DNA of 64,000 nt from a virus (Duplodnaviria > Caudoviricetes), in IMG/VR virus record IMGVR_UViG_3300037634_007329, positions 1 through 64,000 of that record. One strand, 5' to 3'. The notes below the pieces were generated by a model. The model was given only the letters and a program-made list of their open reading frames with translations. It had not been told where the DNA came from and did no database searches. The translations under genes were made by a program, and so were the position numbers. This document shows, in pieces, positions 17,356-28,030 of the stretch; within the stretch, counting starts at the first letter, position 1, and every line of letters starts with the position of its first letter.

Positions 17356-20300
17356 ATGAAATACATTAAAAGACTTATCGAACATTTTAGTGAAACCGCA
17401 GCTCCGGTCAAAGCGCCAGATAAAACAAAAAGACCAGCTGTTCCTAAAAGAAGAACAAACACTCCAACTCGTCCGCCTAGAAGAGACGTTGATCCTAATC
17501 CAAAAAATAAAAAAATAGATGAAAATACTTTTTTATTATTAAAAATAATAAGTAGGTTTAATAAATTAATTTCTAGAAAGTCTAATGAAAGTCTAGAAGA
17601 CAATTTAGGAATACCAAAAGAATATTTAGATAGAATAAAAAGTGAACTTCCAGGAGAAGATTTACAGGGAGCAATAGAAGATAGTGAAGAGGTGTTGAAA
17701 CTATTAACAGCTATACGCCAATCCGAATCTTCATATTCCGATAAAGAAAAAAGTGAAAAAGCATTAGAAATTGTAGAAGAAATAATGTCAGGCGAAGGAT
17801 TAGACTTAAGTGACATTGATTTTAAATTAAACATACTAGATGACGAAGAACTAACCGATGCTAAAAAAGGAACCATTATTGGAAAATCCCCAGAAGAATT
17901 TAAAGAAATAAAAACTGAAATAAAAGAAAGAGACCCAAAGCTATCTAAGGAAATAGACATTAGAGCTATTCAAAATGCACTTACTCAAGGATTTTCTTCT
18001 GCTGTAAAGGATGATTTCGTAATGGGAGATACAGAAGTTCATGGAGTAGCCTTTCAAGACTATTATAATTTTATGAATAAAACGTTTGGATTATATTCTA
18101 AAATACCAAATGAAATGATTCATACTCTTCTAACAAATTCTCCAGCAATAGGCAGAGTTGAAATAAAATGGAATGAAGATAAGGGAAAATACGAAATAGA
18201 AGCATCGGGATATACTATTTTGGTGCTAGTTCATGAAATGATAAAAGGAATATATGAACTATTATCTATGCACAGAAGCGATGACATAACGGGATTAGAT
18301 ATAGAGAAATCTAAGGAACTCGAAGATTTAACTGGAACACAATATATGGAAAGAGAGGGATTAACATATGGACCAACTCTAGCCAGAACATTTAAAGAAT
18401 TCTTCGAAAAAGTAGAATCCAATCTAATAGAATCCAGGGAAATAGAAAGAAGAGATCCTACTATGTTGCAAGCTATTTTATCTAAATTCTATACATTACC
18501 CGATGATACTTTCTTAAGAGTGTGCTCAGCTATTTGGAACAAAGACGACGATGATTCACAGAGACCCCATTCATTTTTTGAAGAAATGTATTTAGATATA
18601 TTAGACGATGACGGAGACGATAGTCAGGAAGAAGACGTAGTACCTAAAAATCCTACTGGAGGAATGGATCAATCAGTGGACGATGATACTTTAAAGAACC
18701 TATTATCTGGTTCAGGAATTTCATTAAACTATGGACCGCTTGGTGAATCATTGCGACATGTATTAAACTATCAAATGTATGAAATATTTGAAGGATATAA
18801 AGAACAACTTAAAAAATTCACAGGTTCTGAAGATGGACCAGATATTAAAAAAGCTGCAACCTATCTCTTTTGGTTTCAACAATTAACTAGAAGAAAACCA
18901 GATGAAGAATTAGAAAAAGCAATGACAGCTGAAATAGGAGGAGTAGATGTTCCAAAGGAATGGAATAGTAGAAAGGACATAGACAGATATAAATCATTTG
19001 ATGAATTAAAAAGCGTAGTGGATGCTGGAAGAAAAGTATCTCCACTTCCTCTTGTGCAAACTTTACAAACAGGTGACGTGGGACCGGCTGTTGCTCAAAT
19101 TCAAAAAGCACTTGAAATACCGGAAACCGGATATTATGATGGAAAAACAGAAGCGGCCATAAGAAAATTCCAGCAAAAATTTAAAGATGAAGTGAGCCCA
19201 ACTCTTCTTAAATCGTTTTTAAACGATTCTCAAAATATGAAAACTGAACTGTCTAGAAACCTAGAAGATATTTTAAAATCTAAAGATTCAAGCATATCCA
19301 AAGACGTAAAGGCTGTGGAAATAAGAGACAAGGTTAATAAATTAGAAAATAGTATAAAGGACATAAAAGGTGCACTGAGCGGTGGACTAACCAATCCGAC
19401 TGGTAAAATGGATGTTTCTACCATATCTGCATTTATGGCAGATAGGGGAATAAACAAACTAGAAGGGATGAGGGGAGACATTGGAACGTTTAAACCCTCT
19501 GGTGGCAATATTGTGTTACAGACAGATAATTACAAAATATGGCAAGTTAGATCTAATAAATTTTGCATAGATGCTAGAAAGAAGTTTGCACAAACATTAG
19601 TTGAGCTTGGAGTAGATCCAAAAATATATAATTGGTGTATATCTTGGGACAGCGGAAGCCACTATAGTACATATAGAAGGGAAAACATAGCACAAACAAT
19701 ATATTTTATAGAAAATACTAAAAGGGCTGCTGCTGAATATAATAGATGGAAGAACTTTTCAGAATCATCAGAGGCTCATGATATTGAGAACTTGGGAGGA
19801 ACCGCTAATCGTGTAGATGGAGACTATAAACGTTTCGTTGGAGCATCTCCTGAAATACAAAACGATTCATCTAGAAGATTTTATGATAACAATCACATAT
19901 GTGTTGTATTCGTAAATGATCATGAAAACGACAAGGGAGGAGATCACTCGTATTGGATGGTTAGTGCATCTAATGACGGAGAATGGGGAAACCCTTCTAG
20001 TTATACTAGTAAGTTTAGTTTTGATAAAATAGCTGATATAATATGGCCATCTACTCAAGATGAAAGCATACGAAGACCAGCCGCAGAAACAAGTACTAAA
20101 GCTCCACAGGTTCCACAAGAAGTAATAGATGCTCCATATTATCATATACCATCAAAGGAAGAGCTAAAGGATATTAAAAAAGCTATTGTTCCCATAGGTA
20201 AAACGGATGCAGAAAGAGAAGAACAATCTGGAACTAACTCGGAAGTTCATGCCAATCAGTTTGGAGAATATACCTATGAAGAAAAAGAAGAATATTTACA

Positions 20301-21396
20301 AAACAAATATTGGAATGATAGTAATGTTAGAATGAAAAACAGAAATAATAAAAGAATTCCATTAGCCTTTTGGAAATATCTCCCAAATAAATTAAAGGCG
20401 AGTCATCTAGCTAATTCATGGACGGGACTAGACGATACTATGTTTGATGAAATAAAAGATAATAAAAAACTATCAGATCAACATAAAGAATTTCTAAGAA
20501 GAAGACTATATGGAGAAGCTGGGAGAGGTGGCCTCATAGAAAACATTGAAGAACTCGCAAAAGGTAGAGCGAGTTTTAGTGGAAGCGCTAAACTGCGAGA
20601 GCTAGAAAAACATGTATTATCACCAAATGAATTTAAAATAATATCAGCTAATGATTTAAAAAATATAATAGATGATTTGGAAAGCGACTTAGATAATCCT
20701 AAAACTAAAGAAAAGCAAAAAAAATCTATAAATAGCAGGATTAAATCTACTGAGAATAAACTAGAGGCGTTTGATGATTTACAAGTAAGGTACATAAAGG
20801 CAATCAAAGGAGTTTTAAACAAAGCATTAGAGGATGATCCCGAGCTTAAAAAATCAAATCAATATAAAAAACTAGCCAGTGCGTATAAACTAAATATACT
20901 ACTAAATAATTCTAGTTTCGGAGACAGGAAAACTGATAAAATGGTAGATGGAATAGAATTAGACAATTTCACAAAAGACTTTAATAAAGTGCCAATTCCA
21001 AATTCAAAAGCACTAGCTAATTGGAGTAAAACCAGCAAAGCATTGAAGAAATATTTTAATAGGCTGGTTTTATATGATATGGAAAGTTCAGATAGAGGAT
21101 TTGATTTAAATAAACTTAAAAACGGATATGGATATGCCGTTAAATTAAATAGTCCAAATGCTGGAGCATATATGTTTAATGCTTTAAACTCTTATTATAA
21201 CATAGGAGACGCAGCTAAGTCATTAAGCCAAGCCGATAAGCATAAACTATTTACTTATCACGATAAAGTAATAGATTGGTATAATAAAAAATATAATAAT
21301 GCATTTAATAAATTAAATATAAGCAAAAAAATAAAAGAAAGAGGTAAAACTAAAACATATCTTGGTGGTGGAAAAGACACTGAAATTTTAGGATAA
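17356..21396 (+). CDS. Large putative virion/ejection protein with peptidoglycan-binding domain
   Basis: Tag MKYIKRLIEHFSE; Pro/Arg-rich N-terminus; PG_binding-like LQTGDVGPAVAQIQKAL...GYYDGKTEAAIRKFQ; KDIDRYKSFDEL and WCIS motifs. Confidence 0.6.
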   Translation: MKYIKRLIEHFSETAAPVKAPDKTKRPAVPKRRTNTPTRPPRRDVDPNPKNKKIDENTFLLLKIISRFNKLISRKSNESLEDNLGIPKEYLDRIKSELPGEDLQGAIEDSEEVLKLLTAIRQSESSYSDKEKSEKALEIVEEIMSGEGLDLSDIDFKLNILDDEELTDAKKGTIIGKSPEEFKEIKTEIKERDPKLSKEIDIRAIQNALTQGFSSAVKDDFVMGDTEVHGVAFQDYYNFMNKTFGLYSKIPNEMIHTLLTNSPAIGRVEIKWNEDKGKYEIEASGYTILVLVHEMIKGIYELLSMHRSDDITGLDIEKSKELEDLTGTQYMEREGLTYGPTLARTFKEFFEKVESNLIESREIERRDPTMLQAILSKFYTLPDDTFLRVCSAIWNKDDDDSQRPHSFFEEMYLDILDDDGDDSQEEDVVPKNPTGGMDQSVDDDTLKNLLSGSGISLNYGPLGESLRHVLNYQMYEIFEGYKEQLKKFTGSEDGPDIKKAATYLFWFQQLTRRKPDEELEKAMTAEIGGVDVPKEWNSRKDIDRYKSFDELKSVVDAGRKVSPLPLVQTLQTGDVGPAVAQIQKALEIPETGYYDGKTEAAIRKFQQKFKDEVSPTLLKSFLNDSQNMKTELSRNLEDILKSKDSSISKDVKAVEIRDKVNKLENSIKDIKGALSGGLTNPTGKMDVSTISAFMADRGINKLEGMRGDIGTFKPSGGNIVLQTDNYKIWQVRSNKFCIDARKKFAQTLVELGVDPKIYNWCISWDSGSHYSTYRRENIAQTIYFIENTKRAAAEYNRWKNFSESSEAHDIENLGGTANRVDGDYKRFVGASPEIQNDSSRRFYDNNHICVVFVNDHENDKGGDHSYWMVSASNDGEWGNPSSYTSKFSFDKIADIIWPSTQDESIRRPAAETSTKAPQVPQEVIDAPYYHIPSKEELKDIKKAIVPIGKTDAEREEQSGTNSEVHANQFGEYTYEEKEEYLQNKYWNDSNVRMKNRNNKRIPLAFWKYLPNKLKASHLANSWTGLDDTMFDEIKDNKKLSDQHKEFLRRRLYGEAGRGGLIENIEELAKGRASFSGSAKLRELEKHVLSPNEFKIISANDLKNIIDDLESDLDNPKTKEKQKKSINSRIKSTENKLEAFDDLQVRYIKAIKGVLNKALEDDPELKKSNQYKKLASAYKLNILLNNSSFGDRKTDKMVDGIELDNFTKDFNKVPIPNSKALANWSKTSKALKKYFNRLVLYDMESSDRGFDLNKLKNGYGYAVKLNSPNAGAYMFNALNSYYNIGDAAKSLSQADKHKLFTYHDKVIDWYNKKYNNAFNKLNISKKIKERGKTKTYLGGGKDTEILG

Positions 21397-21424
21397 ATAA
21401 AATAAATTAAAATAATAAACTAAT

Positions 21425-23170
21425 ATGGATCATATTATTAAATTCAACGATTGGAAAACTAAAAACGTTTCATCTATTGGCGTAAAGACAGTTAATGAAG
21501 CAGATGACGAATTAACAATCGATCAAGCGAAAAGTGCATTAAAGGGTGCAAGGGCGAAGGCTAAAAAACTTAGAAAAACAGATAAGCGTAAAGCTTCAAA
21601 ACTAAAAACCATTTTAGGAAAAAAGTTTAAGTTTATAAAAAGAAAAGATAAAGATGCTTCTTCTGACATCTTTACTATTAAGGGTAAAGGAAAAGAAAGT
21701 AGAATATGGGATGACGAAGGCCAGGTCGTAGATGATGTATGGGATTTTGTACAAAGCCAAATAGACGATATAGGAACTGAATATGATTCAGAGTCGTTGG
21801 AAATAATGTCTTTAAAGGATGGAAAAAGAAAAGACGTAATAACTTTTAAAATATCTGTAAAAGAAGAGGAGAAGGAAGAAGAGAAGGAGGAAGAAGAAGA
21901 GAAAACAGAAAAGATAGCTAAGGAAGATGAAAAAGAAGAAGAAAAAGAAACAAAAACTTCTTCTAAGATAACTATCGATGGTTCGTTTAGGTTAGGAGAT
22001 TCTAATCCTAAGATAAAAGAAATTAAAAAGACTATAGTTAATAGGTTTAAAGAAGATGTAATAGTAAACCACCCATCTTTTAAAAGAATGGTGGATATAC
22101 AAGAAGAATATGGAAACTTTTCAGCTAAGTTAAAGGAACAAGATATTGAATTAATTAAAATGTTACAGGCGGGTTTTAGTTTACCTATAACAGGTAATAT
22201 TGATCAAACTCTTATAGATAAGATCTCTGCACATGGAACAGAAGAAAAAGCTAAAGCTAAAGTAGAAACAGTAGAAAAAGCGAAAAGTGAAGCAGAAAAA
22301 GAAGAAACTGAAACTGAAACAACAATAGCAAGTGGACTAGGTAAAAAAATTAACGCTGGAAGAAAACCTATCGTTGATTATGGAACATTCTTATTATTAG
22401 AACAATTTGATTCATCTAAAGTAGAAGCGTACCTTAAAACAACTACAAAGAAAGAAGTTAAAGATGAACCTACTTCTAGTAAATCTTCTAAATCAAGTAA
22501 AAAATCTTCATCTAGCAAATATCCTTCTACTGGCTTTGACAAAAAACAAGGAGCTTTATATAGGAAATGGGCGAATACAAAGAAAAGAATTAAAGAATAT
22601 GGTAAAGAGTCTAAGTTTGATTTAGATGCTACTAGCACCTCTTCCAATGGACATGATAATTCTTGGATAAGAAAATCATGGAAACATTTCCTTGATAAAT
22701 CTCCAACAATTAAAAAGATTACAAAAAATTATGGAATGCAAAAAATAGCCGCTTTAGCATGGATGGAAGCAGACCAGAAAAAATCGTCGGCAGCGAAAAA
22801 GACGGGATGGGAAAGATCACTTACGGATGATTCACAAGCAGCATTGATTAGTAGAAAAATAGTAGCGCTATGGGAGCCGGATCTTAATTATTTTAGTGAA
22901 TGTAAAGGAATGAATGATGATGAATCATGCGCAATAGTAAAATTCACCAAATGGTGGGAGAGCCAAATAAAACCATTGATTGCTAAATTAAATGATAAGG
23001 ATGTAAATAAAAAGAGTTTAACTAACTTATTTACGAAAATAGTTCAAAAAGCAGAAGGAGCCACAGCTGACGATATAGCTAGATGGTATATAGTAGTTGG
23101 ACCTGAATTCCAGAAAAAGAATGGATTATACGTAGGCTTAAAAAGGTATAGTATAGATACAGACTTTTAA
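21425..23170 (+). CDS. Putative virion protein (tag, acidic linker, PG-binding-like segment)
   Basis: MDHIIKFNDW...VNE; FRLGDSNPKIKEIK; LQAGFSLPITGNIDQ. Confidence 0.5.
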   Translation: MDHIIKFNDWKTKNVSSIGVKTVNEADDELTIDQAKSALKGARAKAKKLRKTDKRKASKLKTILGKKFKFIKRKDKDASSDIFTIKGKGKESRIWDDEGQVVDDVWDFVQSQIDDIGTEYDSESLEIMSLKDGKRKDVITFKISVKEEEKEEEKEEEEEKTEKIAKEDEKEEEKETKTSSKITIDGSFRLGDSNPKIKEIKKTIVNRFKEDVIVNHPSFKRMVDIQEEYGNFSAKLKEQDIELIKMLQAGFSLPITGNIDQTLIDKISAHGTEEKAKAKVETVEKAKSEAEKEETETETTIASGLGKKINAGRKPIVDYGTFLLLEQFDSSKVEAYLKTTTKKEVKDEPTSSKSSKSSKKSSSSKYPSTGFDKKQGALYRKWANTKKRIKEYGKESKFDLDATSTSSNGHDNSWIRKSWKHFLDKSPTIKKITKNYGMQKIAALAWMEADQKKSSAAKKTGWERSLTDDSQAALISRKIVALWEPDLNYFSECKGMNDDESCAIVKFTKWWESQIKPLIAKLNDKDVNKKSLTNLFTKIVQKAEGATADDIARWYIVVGPEFQKKNGLYVGLKRYSIDTDF

Positions 23171-23188
23171 AAAACAACATTAACAATA

Positions 23189-23479
23189 ATGCCAGAACCA
23201 ACACATAGTATAGAATTAAGTAAATATCAAATAGATGGTTTAACGGCCGGAGACGATGTAATGATACCTGCACACGGTCCCAATGGAGAAGATGCAAACA
23301 TTAATGTATCATATAAGGGAGATGAAGAACCAACGGCTCAACCAGAAGAAAAATATGGAACAGAAGAAACATATGGAGAAGAAGGAAAAGTAGAACCAGG
23401 TGCATTAACTCCACAAGAAAAGACACCTGGATATAACGAAAGCGTTCTTCTTAAATTTGATGATTTTTTAAAATTATAA
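23189..23479 (+). CDS. Acidic small protein with C-terminal tag-like motif
   Basis: Ends YNESVLLKFDDFLKL. Confidence 0.55.
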   Translation: MPEPTHSIELSKYQIDGLTAGDDVMIPAHGPNGEDANINVSYKGDEEPTAQPEEKYGTEETYGEEGKVEPGALTPQEKTPGYNESVLLKFDDFLKL

Positions 23480-23493
23480 TATATTAATAAAGG

Positions 23494-23925
23494 ATGGAAA
23501 GAAATAAAAGAATATTAACATTTGCAGAATTTTCAAAAGAATATTCTAAAGGGGATCCTAGAATAGATGGACCCCAAGATAAAGGAATAGAATTAATGAA
23601 GGGTGCCGCAAGTGAATTAAATGAACCAGTTATTCAAGGAAGTAAAGGTGAAATGGATTCTATAACAAGTGGACCCGCTACTAGTAAACTAAAGACTGAC
23701 TATGAACTAACGCCTCAACCTCAACGTAAAAAGAAAAAAGAAAAATCAAAAGATCCAGAAATAGAATCAAAATCCATTGATTCTGTAGAAACAGAAAAAA
23801 TAGAAAATGTAGATAAAGAAAATTTAGATAATATCGAGAAGAAGAAAACTAAGACTATTAAGAAAATTAAGTCTTCTTCTAAGAAAACGGAAGAAGATAA
23901 GAGAGAAGAGACCGGAGAATATTAA
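23494..23925 (+). CDS. Putative internal head protein, charged low complexity
   Basis: MERNKRILTFAEFSKE. Confidence 0.5.
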   Translation: MERNKRILTFAEFSKEYSKGDPRIDGPQDKGIELMKGAASELNEPVIQGSKGEMDSITSGPATSKLKTDYELTPQPQRKKKKEKSKDPEIESKSIDSVETEKIENVDKENLDNIEKKKTKTIKKIKSSSKKTEEDKREETGEY

Positions 23926-23945
23926 CTAAAAAAACTTATCTACAT

Positions 23946-24542
23946 ATGGAACACTTAGAAATTATAACTCCTATTATCACAGCTGTTATTACAGCGATCA
24001 CTACGCTCTTAGCGGTTTGGTATAGGAACTACTTATTAAGAAAAGAAAAAGATAAAAAGTGCACAATCATAGATGCATTAAACAAGGATAAAGAATTACT
24101 TGAAAACCTAGAAGAAATAAGAGTAGGGAACTCAGCAGATAGATTAACTATATTTCAATTTCATAACGGTGGAGATTTTTATACAGGAAAATCAATGCAA
24201 AAATTATCGTTAACTTACGAAACAGCAGACAAAGGAATACAGAGAATAATGCCTAATAGACAAAACATACCAGTGTCTGCATGTAATTCTTCACTAAAAC
24301 CATTATTGGAAAATTGGAATACAAAATATTTCGACGTTGAAAAAGATTTTCCTGAATCATTATGTAAACTATATCAATTAGATGCAGGAAATAAATCTAC
24401 ATATCAATGGGCGCTTTTTGATTTAGATGGAAGGGCAATTGGAATATTCACACTTGATTATGTTAAGAGAAGAAAGAATTTAACAGAGGAGCAATTAGAA
24501 AAATTAAAGCTTAACATCGTTAAAATTCCTGGATACTTATAA
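23946..24542 (+). CDS. Membrane-anchored GAF-like protein (possible T4 gpT-type holin)
   Basis: N-terminal TM (IITPIITAVITAITTLLAVWY); ADRLTIFQFHNG...LSLTYE...IGIFTLDY. Confidence 0.5.
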   Translation: MEHLEIITPIITAVITAITTLLAVWYRNYLLRKEKDKKCTIIDALNKDKELLENLEEIRVGNSADRLTIFQFHNGGDFYTGKSMQKLSLTYETADKGIQRIMPNRQNIPVSACNSSLKPLLENWNTKYFDVEKDFPESLCKLYQLDAGNKSTYQWALFDLDGRAIGIFTLDYVKRRKNLTEEQLEKLKLNIVKIPGYL

Positions 24543-24624
24543 AGGATGCAAATAGAATGACATTTAAAGCATTTAGGAAAATACAAAATCTTTAATATCT
24601 ATTCATAGATATATAATATAGTAA

Positions 24625-24972
24625 ATGGATACATTAAAAGAAGGAATGGGCTTTAGAGAATTCGTAAAATCAGCAGAGGTAGGTGGATCGGGTTATTATT
24701 ATGACTATGGAAGCTCTCCATCTGAAAAAAATTTAAACGATATGGCACAAGAAGATTTTGAAAAATGGAATACGTCTATTGCAAAGGAAGAAAGAAGAGA
24801 AGGAATAGACAATATACTACATCACATAAAATCTTTAAGCGATGCTGCTCTTGCTAAATGCGAAAATCTATCTGAAAAAGATAAGCAAAGTCCATATATA
24901 AGGAGACAACTTGATAAAGCTAAAGGTAATCTTAGAGAAGCATACTTAAGACTAATGGATCTAAATAGATAG
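24625..24972 (+). CDS. Hypothetical protein
   Basis: 115 aa; weak tag (FREFVKS); GATATATA upstream. Confidence 0.55.
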   Translation: MDTLKEGMGFREFVKSAEVGGSGYYYDYGSSPSEKNLNDMAQEDFEKWNTSIAKEERREGIDNILHHIKSLSDAALAKCENLSEKDKQSPYIRRQLDKAKGNLREAYLRLMDLNR

Positions 24973-25006
24973 TTTAATTTTTTCTAAGTATTCTTTTAAT
25001 ACACTA

Positions 25007-25246
25007 TCACTTATGCCAATTTAATATAATATCATCTAATTCATCTATTATAAATAACATTCCTTCTTCATAGCTTCCATATGAAACAGATGATTCATCT
25101 TCTATTTTCTTACGAATTAAATCTACTTTAATAAGCGCATCTTTTTTTAAAGTCTGCCTAAGTAAACGTTTAGCGTGTTGAGTCTTAGCTTCTTCTGTTT
25201 TCATATTTAATTTTTTTATTACTCTTGTAATCTCCACTGTGAGCAA
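25007..25246 (-). CDS. Hypothetical protein
   Basis: ORF in minus-strand run; true start probably MKTEEAK. Confidence 0.45.
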   Translation of the reverse strand: MLTVEITRVIKKLNMKTEEAKTQHAKRLLRQTLKKDALIKVDLIRKKIEDESSVSYGSYEEGMLFIIDELDDIILNWHK

Positions 25247-25415
25247 CTCTATAATTATTAGGGTTTTTTAAAAGTCTATCCCTATGTCTATTGATATCAT
25301 ATTTAAAAACTTCATTTGTTTCTTTATCATAGATCACATCTCCATTTTTAAATAGATCATCTAAAGTATAATATGCTAAAGGTTTTTTCATGTATCTTAT
25401 TTGTATGTTATTCAT
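25185..25415 (-). CDS. Hypothetical protein
   Basis: 76-aa ORF. Confidence 0.5.
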   Translation of the reverse strand: MNNIQIRYMKKPLAYYTLDDLFKNGDVIYDKETNEVFKYDINRHRDRLLKNPNNYRVAHSGDYKSNKKIKYENRRS

Positions 25416-25519
25416 TTTATTATTTTAAAAGTGGTTGTTTTTTAAAAACTAATTTTCTTAAAAATTTTTTACGTTTAATTCTCATAAATCTTTTTACTAA
25501 TTCATCTATGTGATCATCT

Positions 25520-25756
25520 TTATTCATTTATATCGCTATTTTTTAATAATACACAAACAATATGGTTTGTGAAATTTTTTAATATAGGGTTATATATTTT
25601 ATCATACCACTCACCATTATCTTCTGTTCCATTAACACCGTTGGCTTTTAAAGATTCGTCTAGTATTTCTACTAGTTTATTTTCAAGCTCTTCTATAACC
25701 ACTCCTGTGTGATCCAGACAGTGTTTAAGAATTAGTTCTTGTGTTTTATTATCCAT
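25520..25756 (-). CDS. Hypothetical protein
   Basis: 78-aa ORF coupled to upstream gene. Confidence 0.55.
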   Translation of the reverse strand: MDNKTQELILKHCLDHTGVVIEELENKLVEILDESLKANGVNGTEDNGEWYDKIYNPILKNFTNHIVCVLLKNSDINE

Positions 25757-26238
25757 TAGTTAAATATTATAATTCCCTCGTGTTTAGCTATTTTAAAAAC
25801 CTTTGTTAATTTGTCATACATTTCCATAAACCACTGCCTATCGTATCTATCATATCCATCTATTAGATCTTCTATAACTACCATATGGGAATTAAAATCT
25901 GCATACAGTTTTTCACAAGTTTTATAACACATAAGTCCCTCATTATCTGATGAGTTTATTATTTCAAAAAACGGAGCACCGTCATAATCTTCCCATTTGT
26001 CCCAAAACTGTTTAGCTGTTATTCCATATACACACTGACATAATATGTTTTTAAAACAATTATATGTACCATATGTACCAATATGGACTTCCATTACTCT
26101 AGATTTTAAATGAGGTTCATATTCTCCTGCTACAAATGAATGACACCTATCTGGAAAATCCATTTCTTTTTGTTGAATTTTAATTTTACCACCCGTTTTT
26201 TTAATTATTTTACTAATTGCTACTATTTCTAATCCCAT
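25756..26238 (-). CDS. Hypothetical protein
   Basis: 160-aa ORF (SDNEG motif). Confidence 0.6.
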   Translation of the reverse strand: MGLEIVAISKIIKKTGGKIKIQQKEMDFPDRCHSFVAGEYEPHLKSRVMEVHIGTYGTYNCFKNILCQCVYGITAKQFWDKWEDYDGAPFFEIINSSDNEGLMCYKTCEKLYADFNSHMVVIEDLIDGYDRYDRQWFMEMYDKLTKVFKIAKHEGIIIFN

Positions 26239-26306
26239 ATTTGATACAATTTTAAGATATATAATAATATACTAAATAAATAATTAAAATTATAATAGTT
26301 TAATAA

Positions 26307-27329
26307 ATGTTATTATCTTTTTCTGAATACGTAAATGAACACTTTGGGGCTATCACTATAGATTATCCTCAATCTCACAACCATCCTTCTATACAGGACA
26401 CGTATAGATTTAGACCTCATACAATTGGAGGAAACTATGGTGGAAACTATAGAATACCTAGACATTGGAATGATTCTCCAATCTTATCTGGAGGATTTGG
26501 TGGAGCTGGAATGGGTCATTTTGGAGCAGGCCCAGTTAAATCTAAATATGAATCGGCTGATGAAATAAAAAAAGCATATGATTATTTAAAATCACAACTT
26601 GGGAAAACCTATACTTCACTAAGGAAAGGAAAAAAGAAAGGTATTAATATGGACAAGACATTTGAAGATGAGGTTTCTAAAATGAGTAGAACTAATCAAA
26701 CTGAACCTGGATCCATGACGCACTATGAAGATAGCTTAGAAGGAGAACCTTTAACATATACAATAGATACACAGGTGAATCCAACCCCAGGAACATCGGG
26801 TTCATATTTCGATCCACCGGAACCAGGTGATACGGGTGAATATACCATATACATAGACCAGACGGATGAAAATATAGAAACGTTAATTAAACTAGGCGTT
26901 CCAAAGGATTCTTTAAAAAACATATTTTCAATTGAATTACAGGGTCTATTGGTATTTGTAGCTAATAATTTCAATCCCAATGGTGCAATGGCTTCACTAT
27001 CAAGAAGAATACTTGGTGAATTAGAAGAAAAATCAAATGAACTAGACGAATTATACCTAGCTGACGATAATATCGGAGATCGTAATGAGGGAGAATTAAT
27101 GGAAGATGGAGAATTAACAAATGGATTAATGTATCTAGCATTAAAATATATAATATTAATTGGAATAGGTCCTTATAAAGACACGAATGATTTATGGGAT
27201 AAAAAAAGAGAAATAATTAAGCAAATGGCAAAATTACCTAATAAAGAGTTCTATGCTTTGGAAAAGAAGAGCAAAGACATAAAAAACTCCATAACATATT
27301 ATTTAAACTTTGATGCATTTGCAAATTAA
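26307..27329 (+). CDS. Putative internal head protein
   Basis: MLLSFSEYVNE tag, Gly-rich segment, YFDPPEPG; ATAAATA upstream. Confidence 0.55.
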   Translation: MLLSFSEYVNEHFGAITIDYPQSHNHPSIQDTYRFRPHTIGGNYGGNYRIPRHWNDSPILSGGFGGAGMGHFGAGPVKSKYESADEIKKAYDYLKSQLGKTYTSLRKGKKKGINMDKTFEDEVSKMSRTNQTEPGSMTHYEDSLEGEPLTYTIDTQVNPTPGTSGSYFDPPEPGDTGEYTIYIDQTDENIETLIKLGVPKDSLKNIFSIELQGLLVFVANNFNPNGAMASLSRRILGELEEKSNELDELYLADDNIGDRNEGELMEDGELTNGLMYLALKYIILIGIGPYKDTNDLWDKKREIIKQMAKLPNKEFYALEKKSKDIKNSITYYLNFDAFAN

Positions 27330-27344
27330 AAAAAATATATTAGA

Positions 27345-27566
27345 ATGAAAAAAATACTAACTTTTAATGATTTTATAAAAGAATCAGTTGAGTCTAATCA
27401 AAAGGAAGCAGCTCTTTTAGATCAAAAGCAACAGTTGCTTATAGCTAAACAGGGAACTCAAGATGAATTAGAAAAAACTAAAATTGAATCTCAGATAGCT
27501 AAAATAGATGCAGAAATAGAAGCTATTAGAAATTCTGAAAAAGAAGAACAACAAAATATTGGATAA
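27345..27566 (+). CDS. Putative internal head protein (coiled coil)
   Basis: MKKILTFNDFIKES. Confidence 0.55.
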   Translation: MKKILTFNDFIKESVESNQKEAALLDQKQQLLIAKQGTQDELEKTKIESQIAKIDAEIEAIRNSEKEEQQNIG

Positions 27567-28005
27567 TAAAAATCACATAGAAGATTTTTCTTCCTTTGTT
27601 AATGAAGAAAAGGATGCCATTTATAATACAAATTATACTGGAATGGTAAACTCAGCCGTTGCTAATTTATATACTTCTATAATGGCAATAGCTCAAGCTA
27701 TGTGTGATGAAAAAACAACAAGAGATCCATACAATAATAATGGAGAAGTGGAAGAAGTAGATATATCACGAGCAATGAATTTAATTTTTCACAACAATTG
27801 GAAAAAGAATTTAAAAACAAGATGCATTGGGGATTTACAAAGAAACGCTACAGAAAGAGCTAGTAAAAGAGATGAGTTAGCAAATAAGAAAAATCACAAA
27901 GCGCTTGCTAAGCTAAATAAAAACAACAATACTATAAATATAGATAAGAGCACTGTGAGATTTAGTGACGATTACATGGGCACTGGACCTGGTTCTAATC
28001 AATAG
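27559..28005 (+). CDS. Putative internal head protein
   Basis: TTG start; NHIEDFSSFVNEE. Confidence 0.5.
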   Translation: MDNKNHIEDFSSFVNEEKDAIYNTNYTGMVNSAVANLYTSIMAIAQAMCDEKTTRDPYNNNGEVEEVDISRAMNLIFHNNWKKNLKTRCIGDLQRNATERASKRDELANKKNHKALAKLNKNNNTINIDKSTVRFSDDYMGTGPGSNQ

Positions 28006-28030
28006 TGAATGTTCAAATAAATAAAAATAG

